Below are positions 1-9,839 of a stretch of 64,000 bases of DNA, piece after piece; position 1 is the stretch's first letter; the number at the start of each line of letters is the position of its first letter. Position numbers and translations under genes: made by a program. The notes beneath the pieces were generated by a model that was given only the letters and a program-made list of their open reading frames with translations, was not told the DNA's origin and did no database searches. This DNA is from Gemmatimonadales bacterium (lineage in GTDB: Bacteria > Gemmatimonadota > Gemmatimonadetes > Gemmatimonadales > GWC2-71-9). The stretch spans positions 12,126-76,125 of the forward strand of contig DATAOI010000049.1 in NCBI GenBank assembly GCA_036265815.1, written 5' to 3'.

Positions 1-278
1 ACGCAGCGGCGGAGAAGTCGAGTCTGGCGAACGAGCAGGCGTCGATCGGACTGGACACGCCGCGCGGCAAGGTGCTGGTGCGGCAGATCGCGGGACTGGT
101 GGCGCGGCGGATCGTCACCGACCACCAGGTCGGGACGCCGGTCCGGCAGGGCCAGCGGATGGGGATGATCCGCTTCGGCTCGCGAGTGGACCTTTTCCTC
201 CCGCAGGGAACCCGGCTGCTGGTGCACGTCGGGGAGACCACGCGGGTGGGGGTGACAGTGGTGGCCGAATGGAGCTGA
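1..278 (+). CDS. psd: phosphatidylserine decarboxylase-family protein, C-terminal part (5' end outside window)
   Basis: Frame is open from the window edge to TGA 276-278. The tail ...[22 protein letters not shown]...[15 protein letters not shown] resembles the conserved C-terminus of short-form Psd proenzymes (F-G-S at the autocleavage position). It is followed directly by pssA. Confidence 0.7.
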   Translation, partial: AAAEKSSLANEQASIGLDTPRGKVLVRQIAGLVARRIVTDHQVGTPVRQGQRMGMIRFGSRVDLFLPQGTRLLVHVGETTRVGVTVVAEWS

Positions 279-1156
279 TCCCCCGACGGGAGCGCATGAG
301 GCGCCCCACCATGCGGCAAGTGGTGGTGGTCATGCCCAGCGCCTTTACCCTGGGAAACCTGTTTTTCGGGTTCTGGGCCATCGTCTCCGCCTTCAACGGC
401 AACTTCCGCTGGGCCGGCTGGTTTATCGTCTTCGCCGGGATTCTGGACATGCTGGACGGCCGGGTGGCCCGGCTCTCCAACACCGGGTCCCGGTTCGGGG
501 CCGAGCTGGACTCGCTGGTCGACGTGATCTCGTTCGGGGTCGCGCCCGCCCTACTGATCTATTTCCTCGACTTCGCGAGCGCGGGCCGCTTCTCCTGGAT
601 CCTCTCGTACATCTACGTGACCTCGGTGGCACTCCGGCTGGCCCGCTTCAACGTGGTCTCCGCCGGAAAGCCGTCCACCGGCTGGTTCACCGGAATGCCG
701 TCGCCTGCGGCGGGCATGACCCTCGCCGTCTATTATCCATTCAGTCAGACCGAATGGTACCGCGCGTCGATCGCCTATCTCGACCTGCAGCATCAGGGCC
801 TGGTGGTGCTGGTGCTCCTGCTGGCGCTGCTCATGGTCAGCAACGTGAAGTACCCCAAGTTCCCGGCCATCGGGGTGCGGAGCGCCAAGGGAATCTTCGG
901 CCTGGTGGTGCACCTGGTGATCCTGATCGGCGGCCTCGTCCGACCCGAGTATTTTCTCTTTCCGTTGGGGCTCTTCTACATGGTGTTCGGCATCTCCCGC
1001 GCCACCGTGCTGGGGCTGATGGAACGGCCGGAGACGCAGCTCGGCCCGGAGGACGCGACCGAGCCCCAGGAGCGGACCGAACAGCAGGCCGGCGGCTCGC
1101 CGCGCGAGCGGCGAGCGGGTTGGGCCGACCGGCGCAAACCTTCCGAGGACCGATGA
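269..1156 (+). CDS. pssA: CDP-diacylglycerol--serine O-phosphatidyltransferase
   Basis: CDP-alcohol phosphatidyltransferase motif [28 protein letters not shown] and several hydrophobic helices. Overlaps the psd stop. Start uncertain (ATG 269 or in-frame ATG 296). Confidence 0.9.
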   Translation: MELIPRRERMRRPTMRQVVVVMPSAFTLGNLFFGFWAIVSAFNGNFRWAGWFIVFAGILDMLDGRVARLSNTGSRFGAELDSLVDVISFGVAPALLIYFLDFASAGRFSWILSYIYVTSVALRLARFNVVSAGKPSTGWFTGMPSPAAGMTLAVYYPFSQTEWYRASIAYLDLQHQGLVVLVLLLALLMVSNVKYPKFPAIGVRSAKGIFGLVVHLVILIGGLVRPEYFLFPLGLFYMVFGISRATVLGLMERPETQLGPEDATEPQERTEQQAGGSPRERRAGWADRRKPSEDR

Positions 1157-1404
1157 GCTTTCGTGTGCACGTGCGGGTGATGCCCAGAACCGGACTGCTC
1201 GACCCGCAGGGGCAGGCCGTCGAGCACGCGCTCGCGGCGCTGGGCTTTCCGGAGGCAGACGGTGTCCGGATCGGACGCGCCATCGAGCTCGAGGTGGCAG
1301 CACCCACCCGCGCGCAGGCGGAGGCGCGGGTCCGCCAGATGTGCGACAAGCTGTTGGCCAATCCGGTGACCGAGGACTACCTGCTCCAGGTGGAGGAGGT
1401 CTGA
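1153..1404 (+). CDS. purS: phosphoribosylformylglycinamidine synthase subunit PurS
   Basis: 83-aa product [27 protein letters not shown]...ANPVTEDY is typical of PurS. Its ATG 1153 overlaps the pssA TGA (ATGA). Sits upstream of purQ. Confidence 0.9.
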   Translation: MSFRVHVRVMPRTGLLDPQGQAVEHALAALGFPEADGVRIGRAIELEVAAPTRAQAEARVRQMCDKLLANPVTEDYLLQVEEV

Positions 1405-2126
1405 TGCTCAAGGTCGCGGTGGTTCGCTTTCCCGGCAGCAACTGTGACTTCGACACCCTGCGGGCCGCCGAGCAGGCCGGCACCGAGGCGTACTTCGTCT
1501 GGCACCGGGATACTCACTTGCACGGGGCCGACCTGGTGCTCCTTCCGGGCGGCTTCAGCTACGGCGACTACTTGCGCAGCGGCGCCATCGCCCGGTTCAG
1601 CCCGGTGATGCAGGCAGTGCAGCGCCACGCCGCCGGAGGCGGACCGGTGCTGGGGATCTGCAACGGATTCCAGATCCTGTGCGAGGCCCACCTGCTGCCC
1701 GGCGCGCTCATGCGGAACGCCGGGCTGACCTTCGTCTCCAAGCCGGTGGACATGATCGTGGAGCGCACCGCGACCGTCTTCACTTCCGCCTACGCCACGA
1801 AGGCCCGTCTCCGCCTGCCCGTGGCGCACGGCGACGGCCGGTTCGTGGCGGCGGAAGACACGCTGCGCATGCTGGAGGCGGAGGGCCGGGTGGTGCTGCG
1901 CTACGTGCCAGCCACCGAAGGTTCGCCGCTGCAACCCAACCCCAATGGCTCCGCCAATCACATCGCCGGCATCTGCAATGCCGACGGCACGGTGGTGGGC
2001 ATCATGCCGCACCCGGAGCGCATCACCGACCCGATGCAGGGGCTGCCCGACGGCCTGGAGTTCTTCACCTCGATGGCCGCGTGGCAGCCCGGGTCATCCT
2101 TCACCCTGAGCATGCCCAGCAGATGA
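1404..2126 (+). CDS. purQ: phosphoribosylformylglycinamidine synthase, glutaminase subunit PurQ
   Basis: [15 protein letters not shown] start, catalytic GICNGFQ cysteine and MPHPER motif. ATG 1404 overlaps the purS TGA. Confidence 0.93.
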   Translation: MLKVAVVRFPGSNCDFDTLRAAEQAGTEAYFVWHRDTHLHGADLVLLPGGFSYGDYLRSGAIARFSPVMQAVQRHAAGGGPVLGICNGFQILCEAHLLPGALMRNAGLTFVSKPVDMIVERTATVFTSAYATKARLRLPVAHGDGRFVAAEDTLRMLEAEGRVVLRYVPATEGSPLQPNPNGSANHIAGICNADGTVVGIMPHPERITDPMQGLPDGLEFFTSMAAWQPGSSFTLSMPSR

Positions 2127-2452
2127 GCAACGACAAACCCAGCCGTAACGAAGAGGAGTATTTCGTCAAGAAGGACGCCGAGCTGCGCGAGCGGGAGCGA
2201 GAGCTCGCCCGCGCGGCGGCGCGGGAGCTGGAGCGGCACAGCCATTTCATGAAGTGTCCCAAGGATGGGTACGACCTGGTGACCAGCGAGTACCACGGGG
2301 TGCAGATCGAGAGCTGCCCCCACTGCGGCGGAATGTGGCTGGACGCCGGTGAGGTCGAGCAGATCGCGCACGAGGACCGCCCCGCGCTGCTCACCCGGGT
2401 CCTGACCGATGCGTTCGTCAGTATCCGCAAATCCGCGCGGCGGCATCCGTGA
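2123..2452 (+). CDS. zinc-ribbon (zf-TFIIB-like) domain protein of unknown function
   Basis: 109 aa. Charged N-terminal helix ([29 protein letters not shown]), then CPKDG...(17)...[17 protein letters not shown], a four-Cys ribbon of the PF13453 type. ATG 2123 overlaps the purQ TGA; its own TGA overlaps the purL GTG. Confidence 0.75.
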   Translation: MSNDKPSRNEEEYFVKKDAELRERERELARAAARELERHSHFMKCPKDGYDLVTSEYHGVQIESCPHCGGMWLDAGEVEQIAHEDRPALLTRVLTDAFVSIRKSARRHP

Positions 2453-4761
2453 CCGGTGCCGTCGCGGCGGGATCGACCGAAGCAGCCGCCTTCCCGGGCG
2501 AGCGGCCGATCACGCCCGAGGTGGTGCGCGAGCACAACCTCAACCAGCTGGAGTACGGCCGGATGCTGGAGCTGCTGGGCCGCACGCCGACCCTGACCGA
2601 GCTGGGAATCTTCTCGGCCCTCTGGTCCGAGCACTGCAGCTACAAGCATTCCCGGCCTGTGCTCAAGACCTTTCCGACCAGTGGTCCCCAGGTGGTTCAG
2701 GGGCCGGGCGAGAACGCCGGCGTGCTCCGGCTGCCGGACGGGTGGGCGGTCGCGTTCAAGATCGAATCCCACAATCACCCGTCCGCAGTGGAGCCGTACC
2801 AGGGTGCCGCCACCGGCGTCGGCGGCATCCTGCGCGATGTGTTCACCATGGGCGCCCGGCCCGTGGCGGTGCTCAACAGCCTCCGGTTCGGCCCGCTGGA
2901 TCAGCCACACAACCGCTACCTGTTCGCCGGCGTGGTACGCGGGGTGGGCGACTACGGCAACTGCGTCGGCGTTCCCACGCTCGGCGGCGAGGTCGGCTTC
3001 GCGCCGGGGTACACCGGCAACCCGCTGGTGAACGCCATGTGCGTCGGCCTGCTCCGGGAATCCGACCTGATCCGGGCCGCCGCGCACGGGGTCGGCAATG
3101 TGCTGCTCTGCGTCGGAGCACGCACCGGCCGGGACGGCATCCACGGCGCGAGCTTCGCGTCGGAGGAGCTCTCGGAGAAGAGCGAGGCCCGCCGGCCCCA
3201 GGTCCAGGTGGGCGATCCGTTCACCGAGAAGCTCCTGCTGGAGGCCAGCCTCGAGCTGATCACCTCGGGGCTGATCGTCGCCATCCAGGACATGGGCGCG
3301 GCCGGGCTCACCAGCTCCAGCGCGGAGATGGCGGCGCGCGGCGGGGTCGGGGTCGAGATCGACACCGCACTGGTGCCCACTCGCGAGCCGGGGATGACGC
3401 CGTACGAGATCCTGCTGTCCGAATCCCAGGAGCGGATGCTGGTCGTGGCCGAGCCGCGGCGGATGGAGGAGATCCAGGCCGTCTGCGCCAAGTGGGAGCT
3501 CAGCGCCACGCCGATCGGCCGGGTGACCGACGACGGGATCTTCCGGGTCCGCCACGGCGATATCGTCGTTGCGGCCGTTCCGGGGCAGCGCCTGGTCGAG
3601 GACTGCCCCATCTATCATCCCGAGGCGGAGGAAAGCGGCGCCGCACGAGCCCGCCGGTCCGCCGGACCGAACCTGCCTCCCAAGGCAGACATCGAGGACG
3701 CGCTGATGCTGCTCCTCGATTCGCCCAGCCTCGCGAGCAAACGCTGGGTGTACGAGCAGTTCGACTCCACCGTGCAGGCCTCCACCGTGCTCGGCCCGGG
3801 AGGAGACGCCGGCGTCCTCCGGGTTGCCGGCACTGGCTTCGGGATCGCCGTCACCGTGGACTGCAACAACCGCGTGGTCGCGCTCGATCCGTACGAGGGC
3901 GGGAAGGCCGCCGTCGCGGAGGCGGCGCGGAACATCGCCTGTACCGGGGCCAGGCCACTGGGGATCACCGACTGCCTCAACTTCGGGAATCCGGAGAAGG
4001 CGGACGTGTTCTTCCAGTTCCGCGAAGCCTGCCGGGGCATCTCCGAGGCGTGCGTCGCGTTCGGGACGCCGGTGACCGGCGGCAACGTCTCGTTCTACAA
4101 CGAGAGTCCTGGCGGCGCCGTCGACCCGACGCCGACCATCGGGATGATCGGCCTGCTCGAGCGGGTGGCCGATCGGGTACCCAGCCATTTTGCTGCCGCG
4201 GGCGACGAGGTGCTGATCCTGGGTGCCACCCGTGGGCAGCTCGGCGGCTCTGCCTACTGGGCCGAGGTGCGGAACTTCATCGGTGGCCAACCCGCGCCAG
4301 TGGACCTCGCGGCCGAGCGCAGGCTGCAGGATCTGCTGGTGGCGGCTGCCGGCCGCCAACTCCTCCGCTCAGCGCACGACTGCTCGGAGGGCGGGCTCCT
4401 CGTGGCGCTCGCGGAGGCCGCGATGGGCGGGCCCTACGCCGGAGAGGGATTCGGCGTGGCGCTCGATCTCACCGACCATGCCCCCGGTATTCAGCCGGAC
4501 GCCCTGCTCTATGGGGAGGACGGCGCCCGCGCAGTGATCTCCTGCGCCCCGGACCGGGTCGAGGCGCTCCTGGCCCTTTGCCGGGACCATCAGGTGCCCG
4601 CTCTCCGCGCGGGCCGGGTAGAGCAGGCGGCCTCCTCGCTGGAACTTCGGGCAGGTGCCCGCCTGTTCACCTGGGATATCTCGGCATTACGGCGGACTTA
4701 TTTCACGGCGATCCCACGGCGGATGCAGCATCCCGACGTCGATCGCTCGGCTGGAGAGTAA
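2449..4761 (+). CDS. purL: phosphoribosylformylglycinamidine synthase subunit PurL (FGAM synthase II)
   Basis: 770 aa with ...[17 protein letters not shown]..., ...[28 protein letters not shown]... and duplicated AIR-synthase-like domains. GTG start at 2449. Confidence 0.95.
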   Translation: MTGAVAAGSTEAAAFPGERPITPEVVREHNLNQLEYGRMLELLGRTPTLTELGIFSALWSEHCSYKHSRPVLKTFPTSGPQVVQGPGENAGVLRLPDGWAVAFKIESHNHPSAVEPYQGAATGVGGILRDVFTMGARPVAVLNSLRFGPLDQPHNRYLFAGVVRGVGDYGNCVGVPTLGGEVGFAPGYTGNPLVNAMCVGLLRESDLIRAAAHGVGNVLLCVGARTGRDGIHGASFASEELSEKSEARRPQVQVGDPFTEKLLLEASLELITSGLIVAIQDMGAAGLTSSSAEMAARGGVGVEIDTALVPTREPGMTPYEILLSESQERMLVVAEPRRMEEIQAVCAKWELSATPIGRVTDDGIFRVRHGDIVVAAVPGQRLVEDCPIYHPEAEESGAARARRSAGPNLPPKADIEDALMLLLDSPSLASKRWVYEQFDSTVQASTVLGPGGDAGVLRVAGTGFGIAVTVDCNNRVVALDPYEGGKAAVAEAARNIACTGARPLGITDCLNFGNPEKADVFFQFREACRGISEACVAFGTPVTGGNVSFYNESPGGAVDPTPTIGMIGLLERVADRVPSHFAAAGDEVLILGATRGQLGGSAYWAEVRNFIGGQPAPVDLAAERRLQDLLVAAAGRQLLRSAHDCSEGGLLVALAEAAMGGPYAGEGFGVALDLTDHAPGIQPDALLYGEDGARAVISCAPDRVEALLALCRDHQVPALRAGRVEQAASSLELRAGARLFTWDISALRRTYFTAIPRRMQHPDVDRSAGE

Positions 4762-4762
4762 G

Positions 4763-6157
4763 ATGTGCGGCATCATCGGCGTTTCCGGAATCCCCGACGC
4801 GGCCCGGCTCACCTACCTCGGACTCTATGCCCTGCAGCACCGGGGGCAGGAGAGCGCGGGGATGGTGGCCGTGGACATGAAGGGAGCGGCGCGGGCACAT
4901 CGGGGAATGGGCCTGGTGTCAGAGACGTTCGATGAGGCCGTCCTGGCTACCCTGCCGGGAGACGTCGCGGTGGGTCACACCCGCTACTCCACCACCGGGA
5001 GCACGGTTCTGGCCAACGCGCAGCCCTGCAGCGTCAACACCCGCTGCGGCCCGCTGGCCATCGCGCACAACGGCAACATCGTGAACGCCGCCGAGATCAA
5101 GCGCGAGCTGGTGGAACGCGGGGCCATCTTCACCACCAGCTCGGACACCGAGGTGCTGGTGCACCTGATCGCCCGCTCGGACGCCGACACGGTGGAAGGG
5201 CAGATCCGCGAGGCGCTGGAGCAGGTGGACGGGGCCTACAGCCTGATCATCGCCGTGGGCCGCACGCTGTACGCCGTGGTCGACAGCCGCGGGTTCCGTC
5301 CCCTGGTGCTCGGCCGGCTGGGCAGCGGGATGGTGCTCGCTTCGGAGACCTGCGCGCTGGACCTGCTCGGCGCCAACGTTACCTGCGAGCTCCAGCCGGG
5401 AGAGTTCATTCGCATCGAGGACGGCCGGGTAACCGAGCTGCCCCGGCTGGCCCCTCGTCCGGTGAGCCGGTGTGTCTTCGAGCTGGTCTACTTCGCCCGG
5501 CCGGACAGCACCATCTTCGGCGAATCGGTCGACCGGGTGCGCCGGGAGATCGGGCGGCAGCTCGCCCGGGAACAGCCCGCGCCGCGAGGCGAGGTGGTGT
5601 TCAGCGTCCCCGACAGCTCGAATGCCATGGCGCTCGGGTTCTCCGAGGCGGCGGGCATCAAGCTGGAGTACGGACTCATCCGCAACCACTACGTGGGCCG
5701 GACCTTCATCAACCCGACCCAGGACCATCGGGTGGCCAAGGTGAAGATCAAGTTCAACCCGGTGCGGGAGGTCATCCAGGGCAAGTCGGTGGTGGTGGTG
5801 GACGACAGCCTGGTCCGGGGGAATACCAGCAAGAGCCTGGTCCAGATGATCCGCGCCGCGGGGGCGCGCGAAGTTCATCTCCGCCTGGGCTCGCCACCGA
5901 TCACTGGCCCGTGCCTCTACGGCATCGACACGCCCACCCGGGAAGAGCTGATCGCCGCGACCCACTCGATCGAGGAGATCCAGGAGTTTCTCGGGGTGGA
6001 TTCGCTGGGGTACCTCTCGCTGGACGGCATGCTCCGCGCGGCCGGCAGCGAGACCGGCTATTGCCATGCCTGCTTCTCCGGCGACTATCCGACGCCGATT
6101 CCGGGTGATCTGGTGCAGCTTCGCCACGCCTCCCCGCTGGTGGCGACGCCGGCATGA
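4763..6157 (+). CDS. purF: amidophosphoribosyltransferase
   Basis: N-terminal nucleophile MCGIIG, RGQESAG, and PRPP-binding VVVVDDSLVRGNTS. ATG 4763 lies 1 nt after the purL TAA. Confidence 0.95.
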   Translation: MCGIIGVSGIPDAARLTYLGLYALQHRGQESAGMVAVDMKGAARAHRGMGLVSETFDEAVLATLPGDVAVGHTRYSTTGSTVLANAQPCSVNTRCGPLAIAHNGNIVNAAEIKRELVERGAIFTTSSDTEVLVHLIARSDADTVEGQIREALEQVDGAYSLIIAVGRTLYAVVDSRGFRPLVLGRLGSGMVLASETCALDLLGANVTCELQPGEFIRIEDGRVTELPRLAPRPVSRCVFELVYFARPDSTIFGESVDRVRREIGRQLAREQPAPRGEVVFSVPDSSNAMALGFSEAAGIKLEYGLIRNHYVGRTFINPTQDHRVAKVKIKFNPVREVIQGKSVVVVDDSLVRGNTSKSLVQMIRAAGAREVHLRLGSPPITGPCLYGIDTPTREELIAATHSIEEIQEFLGVDSLGYLSLDGMLRAAGSETGYCHACFSGDYPTPIPGDLVQLRHASPLVATPA

Positions 6158-8820
6158 GCGGCCCCTACAGCCAGCCGCTGGTCTACTCCTTCGGCCAGGG
6201 CCGGGCCGACGGGACCGCCGCCATGAAGGACGTGCTGGGCGGCAAGGGAGCCGGCCTGGCCGAGATGACGACCATCGGCATCCCCGTCCCGCCCGGCTTC
6301 ACCATCGCCAGCTCGATCTGCCTACACTATCTCGAAAATCAGCAGTTCCCCAAGCGCCTTCAGCACCAGGTGGAGAACGCGCTGCAGCGGGTCGAAGCCG
6401 CCACGGGGAAGCATTTCGGCGATGGCGACAACCCGCTGCTGGTGTCGGTGCGTTCGGGCGCCGCCGTCTCCATGCCCGGGATGATGGAGACCATCCTCAA
6501 CCTCGGGCTCAACGACGTCACGGTGGAAGGACTCACCCGACAGAGCCGCAACCCGACGTTCGCCTGGGATTCCTATCGGCGGTTCGTCCAGATGTACGGC
6601 ACGGTGGTGTTCGATCTTCCCAAGCAGCCGTTCGAGCACATGCTGGAGGAGCAGCGCCGCGGCTGCGGTGCGGAGCGAGACATCGATCTGCCGGTCGAGG
6701 AGATGCAGGCGCTCGTGCGCCGGTTCAAGGACCACGTCCGCGCCGAGGCCGGGCGCGACTTCCCCAGCAACGCGCTGGACCAGCTCTGGGGTGCCATCGC
6801 GGCGGTGTTCGAAAGCTGGAACACCCGGCGGGCCATCGACTACCGGAAGCTGCACGACATTCCCGACAGCATGGGCACCGCCGTCAACGTGGTGGCGATG
6901 GTCTACGGCAACCTGGGCGAGGACTCGGGCACCGGTGTCGCTTTCAGCCGGGACCCGTCCACCGGGGTCCGGGCGCTCTACGGTGAGTACCTGCTCAATG
7001 CACAAGGCGAGGACGTGGTCTCGGGCAGCCGGACGCCGCTGCCGATCGCCACGCTGAAGGACCAGCTGCCGGCGTCGTACCAGGAGCTGGACCGGGTCGC
7101 CCGCACCCTCGAGCGTCACTTCCGCGACGTGCAGGACATGGAGTTCACCATCGAGCGCGGCAAGCTCTACATGCTGCAGACCCGGCGCGGCCAGCGCTCG
7201 GGCCACGCGGCGGTGCGAGTGGCGTGCGACATGGTGGACGAAGAGCTGATCTCGGAGGAAGAGGCGGTGGCGCGTATTCCGCCCAACGACCTGAACCAGC
7301 TGCTCCATCCCACGATCGATCCGCACAGCAAGCTCGACCTGCTCACCACCGGGCTTCCCGCCTCCCCCGGCGCCGCCTGCGGCACGGTGGTGTTCGACGC
7401 CGACCGCGCCGAGAAGCTCGGGCGGGGCGGCCACCCGGTGATCCTGGTGCGGCGGGAGACGTCGCCCGAAGACTTCCACGGCATGGTGATGGCCAAGGCG
7501 GTGCTCACGGCGCGGGGCGGGATGACGTCGCATGCCGCGGTGGTGGCGCGAGGGATGGGCAAGCCCTGCGTGGCCGGCGCGCAGGCGCTCGAGGTGGACG
7601 AGAAAGCAGGCCGCTTCTCGGTCAACGGCCGGCAGGTCGCCGAAGGCGAATGGATCACGGTGAACGGCGGCACCGGACAGGTGTTCGCCGGGCAGGCCGC
7701 GCTGGTCACCTCCGAGTTGAGCGGCGACTTCCTCCGGCTGATGGAGTGGGCCGACCGGATCGGCCAGCTCCGGGTCCGGGTGAACGCCGATACGCCGGCC
7801 GATGCGCACCGCGGCCGGGACTTCGGCGCCGAAGGAATCGGCCTCTGCCGGACCGAGCACATGTTCTTCGATGGCGACCGGCTGAGCGCCATGCGGGAGA
7901 TGATCGTGGCGCAGGACCAGCGGGGTCGCGAGCGCGCGCTGGCCAAGCTGCTCCCGATGCAGCGCTCCGACTTCGAGGCCATCTTCCGCGCGATGGAGGG
8001 CTTTCCGGTCACCATCCGGCTGCTCGACCCGCCGCTGCACGAGTTCCTGCCCAAGGAGCCGGAGGAGATCGAGGCGCTCGCCCGGGAGCTCAAGCTGGAG
8101 CGCGGGGCCTTGCAGTCAGTGATCGACCGGCTGCACGAGGTGAACCCGATGCTGGGGCTCCGGGGCTGCCGGCTAGGCATCATCTATCCCGAGATCACCG
8201 CCATGCAGGTCCGCGCCATCTTCGAGGCGGCGTGCACCGTGGCGGCGCGGAAGGGACGGGTCTATCCCGAGGTGATGATCCCCCTCACCGCCAGCGTGGT
8301 GGAGTTCCGCAAGCAGGCGCTCATCGTACGGCAGGTGGCGGAGGAGGTGTTCCGCGAGCGGCAGATCACCGTCCCGTTCCTGCTCGGCACCATGATCGAG
8401 CTGCCCCGCGCCGCCCTCACGGCCGACGAGCTGGCCCGTGAGGCGCAGTTCTTCTCCTTCGGCACCAACGACCTGACCCAGACCACCTGGGGACTCTCCC
8501 GGGACGACGCGGGCCATTTCCTGCCGTATTACCTGGAGCACGGCGTGGTGGAGGACGATCCGTTTCAGATCCTGGACGAAGCGGGCGTCGGCAAGCTGAT
8601 CCAGATGGCGTGCGAGCTGGGCCGGCGTACCCGCCGCGACCTCAAGCTGGGCATCTGCGGCGAGCACGGCGGCGAGCCAGCGGCCGTGGCCTTCTGCGAC
8701 AAGCTGGGGATGAACTACGTCAGCTGCTCACCGTTCCGGGTGCCGATCGCTCGGCTGGCCGCGGCCCAGGCGGCGCTGGCCACCCGGGGCACGATGGACC
8801 GCACCCGCGCCACGGTCTGA
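6154..8820 (+). CDS. ppdK: pyruvate, phosphate dikinase
   Basis: 888 aa with the ATP-grasp N-terminus, phospho-His region GGMTSHAAVVARGMGKPCV and the C-terminal PEP-utilising domain ...FFSFGTNDLTQ... ATG 6154 overlaps the purF TGA. Confidence 0.95.
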   Translation: MSGPYSQPLVYSFGQGRADGTAAMKDVLGGKGAGLAEMTTIGIPVPPGFTIASSICLHYLENQQFPKRLQHQVENALQRVEAATGKHFGDGDNPLLVSVRSGAAVSMPGMMETILNLGLNDVTVEGLTRQSRNPTFAWDSYRRFVQMYGTVVFDLPKQPFEHMLEEQRRGCGAERDIDLPVEEMQALVRRFKDHVRAEAGRDFPSNALDQLWGAIAAVFESWNTRRAIDYRKLHDIPDSMGTAVNVVAMVYGNLGEDSGTGVAFSRDPSTGVRALYGEYLLNAQGEDVVSGSRTPLPIATLKDQLPASYQELDRVARTLERHFRDVQDMEFTIERGKLYMLQTRRGQRSGHAAVRVACDMVDEELISEEEAVARIPPNDLNQLLHPTIDPHSKLDLLTTGLPASPGAACGTVVFDADRAEKLGRGGHPVILVRRETSPEDFHGMVMAKAVLTARGGMTSHAAVVARGMGKPCVAGAQALEVDEKAGRFSVNGRQVAEGEWITVNGGTGQVFAGQAALVTSELSGDFLRLMEWADRIGQLRVRVNADTPADAHRGRDFGAEGIGLCRTEHMFFDGDRLSAMREMIVAQDQRGRERALAKLLPMQRSDFEAIFRAMEGFPVTIRLLDPPLHEFLPKEPEEIEALARELKLERGALQSVIDRLHEVNPMLGLRGCRLGIIYPEITAMQVRAIFEAACTVAARKGRVYPEVMIPLTASVVEFRKQALIVRQVAEEVFRERQITVPFLLGTMIELPRAALTADELAREAQFFSFGTNDLTQTTWGLSRDDAGHFLPYYLEHGVVEDDPFQILDEAGVGKLIQMACELGRRTRRDLKLGICGEHGGEPAAVAFCDKLGMNYVSCSPFRVPIARLAAAQAALATRGTMDRTRATV

Positions 8821-8843
8821 CCCGATCGACCGGTGGCCTGGCG

Positions 8844-9191
8844 TCAGGCTCTGGCCAGGATCAGCAGCATGGGATGCGAGCCCGGATTGAAGCCCGGCCG
8901 CGCGCCCGGAAACTGGCCGTCGGACACCACGACGTCCTCGACCTCCGTCAGGATGAACGTGCGCCACCCCGGAAGGTCTCCGCTCCGGCTGGGCCCCTCC
9001 GACTGATACGCCACCAGGACCGGCTCTCCGGCTTCGTGAATCCCCACCAGGTGCGGCTCGACTGTCCGCATCAGTCCTTGATATCGAAACGTGACCGGCC
9101 GATGCGCGAGCGTGGCCTGGATCAGCCGCTCCGGCTCGGTCAGGTCCAGCGTCGCCTCGTGTCCACGATCAGTAGCGCGCCGGTGTGGCAT
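8844..9191 (-). CDS. stand-alone WYL-domain protein
   Basis: About 115 aa. ...RPVTFRYQGLMRTVEPHLVGIHEAGEPVLVAYQSE...LPGWRTFILTEVEDVVVSDGQF follows the WYL-domain pattern (F-x-Y, R-x-V-x-P, W-R-x-F). ATG 9191 is preceded by GAGGTG; the ORF-track GTG 9203 is an alternative start. Confidence 0.65.
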   Translation of the reverse strand: MPHRRATDRGHEATLDLTEPERLIQATLAHRPVTFRYQGLMRTVEPHLVGIHEAGEPVLVAYQSEGPSRSGDLPGWRTFILTEVEDVVVSDGQFPGARPGFNPGSHPMLLILARA

Positions 9192-9224
9192 CCCGCACCT
9201 CACAGAGAAAGATGCGTCAAGCTA

Positions 9225-9240
9225 GGGCCGGCGCCGGCCC
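9225..9240. promoter_or_regulatory. 16-bp perfect palindrome GGGCCGGCGCCGGCCC in the WYL/purE divergent intergenic region (candidate operator)
   Basis: Read directly from the sequence. Lies between the divergent starts at 9191 (-) and 9345 (+). Function is inferred only. Confidence 0.25.
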
Positions 9241-9344
9241 CGATCAATGAGGCCTGACACCGCGCTTGCCATGGGCATCGTGGCGAGCCTTAATTGCTGC
9301 CTGCCGAGCCGCGGCGGCCCGCACCAACCGATCACGAGGATCCA

Positions 9345-9839
9345 ATGACTCAGCCCATCGTCGGCATCGTCATGGGAAGCGACTCCGACTGGGAGGTGAT
9401 GCAGCATGCCGCGACCCGGCTCAGGGAGTTCGACGTTCCCCACGAGCGGCGGGTGGTGTCCGCTCACCGGACGCCGGACCTGCTCTTCCAGTATGCGGAG
9501 GAAGCCGCGGGACGTGGTCTCCGCTGCATCATCGCCGGGGCGGGCGGGTCGGCCCACCTGCCGGGCATGCTCGCGGCCAAGACCACCTTGCCCGTGCTCG
9601 GTGTGCCGGTGCCTTCGAAACACCTTCAGGGACTCGACTCGCTGCTCTCCATCGTCCAGATGCCCGCCGGCATTCCGGTCGCGACGTTCGCGGTCGGAGT
9701 GGCGGGGTCGCACAACGCGGGACTGTACGCCGTGGCGGTGCTGGCGCTGAGCGACCCGGCGCTCGCGGCGCGGCTGGCGGAATTCCGCCGGACGCAGACG
9801 GCCCGCGTACTGGAGCTCAAGCTGCCGGATCCGGCGTGA
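9345..9839 (+). CDS. purE: 5-(carboxyamino)imidazole ribonucleotide mutase
   Basis: [19 protein letters not shown]..., SAHRTPD and [10 protein letters not shown] motifs. The ORF-track start 9294 is probably too far upstream. Confidence 0.93.
   Translation: MTQPIVGIVMGSDSDWEVMQHAATRLREFDVPHERRVVSAHRTPDLLFQYAEEAAGRGLRCIIAGAGGSAHLPGMLAAKTTLPVLGVPVPSKHLQGLDSLLSIVQMPAGIPVATFAVGVAGSHNAGLYAVAVLALSDPALAARLAEFRRTQTARVLELKLPDPA

Noticed and set aside
2101-4359. 752-aa ORF antisense to purL, and similar long antisense ORFs such as 6322-8040 opposite ppdK and 4919-6127 opposite purF.
   Set aside because: The products are Arg/Gly/Pro/Ala-rich low-complexity sequence with no motifs. They lie opposite genes with unambiguous conserved motifs. 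This is the typical shadow-ORF artefact of GC-rich DNA.
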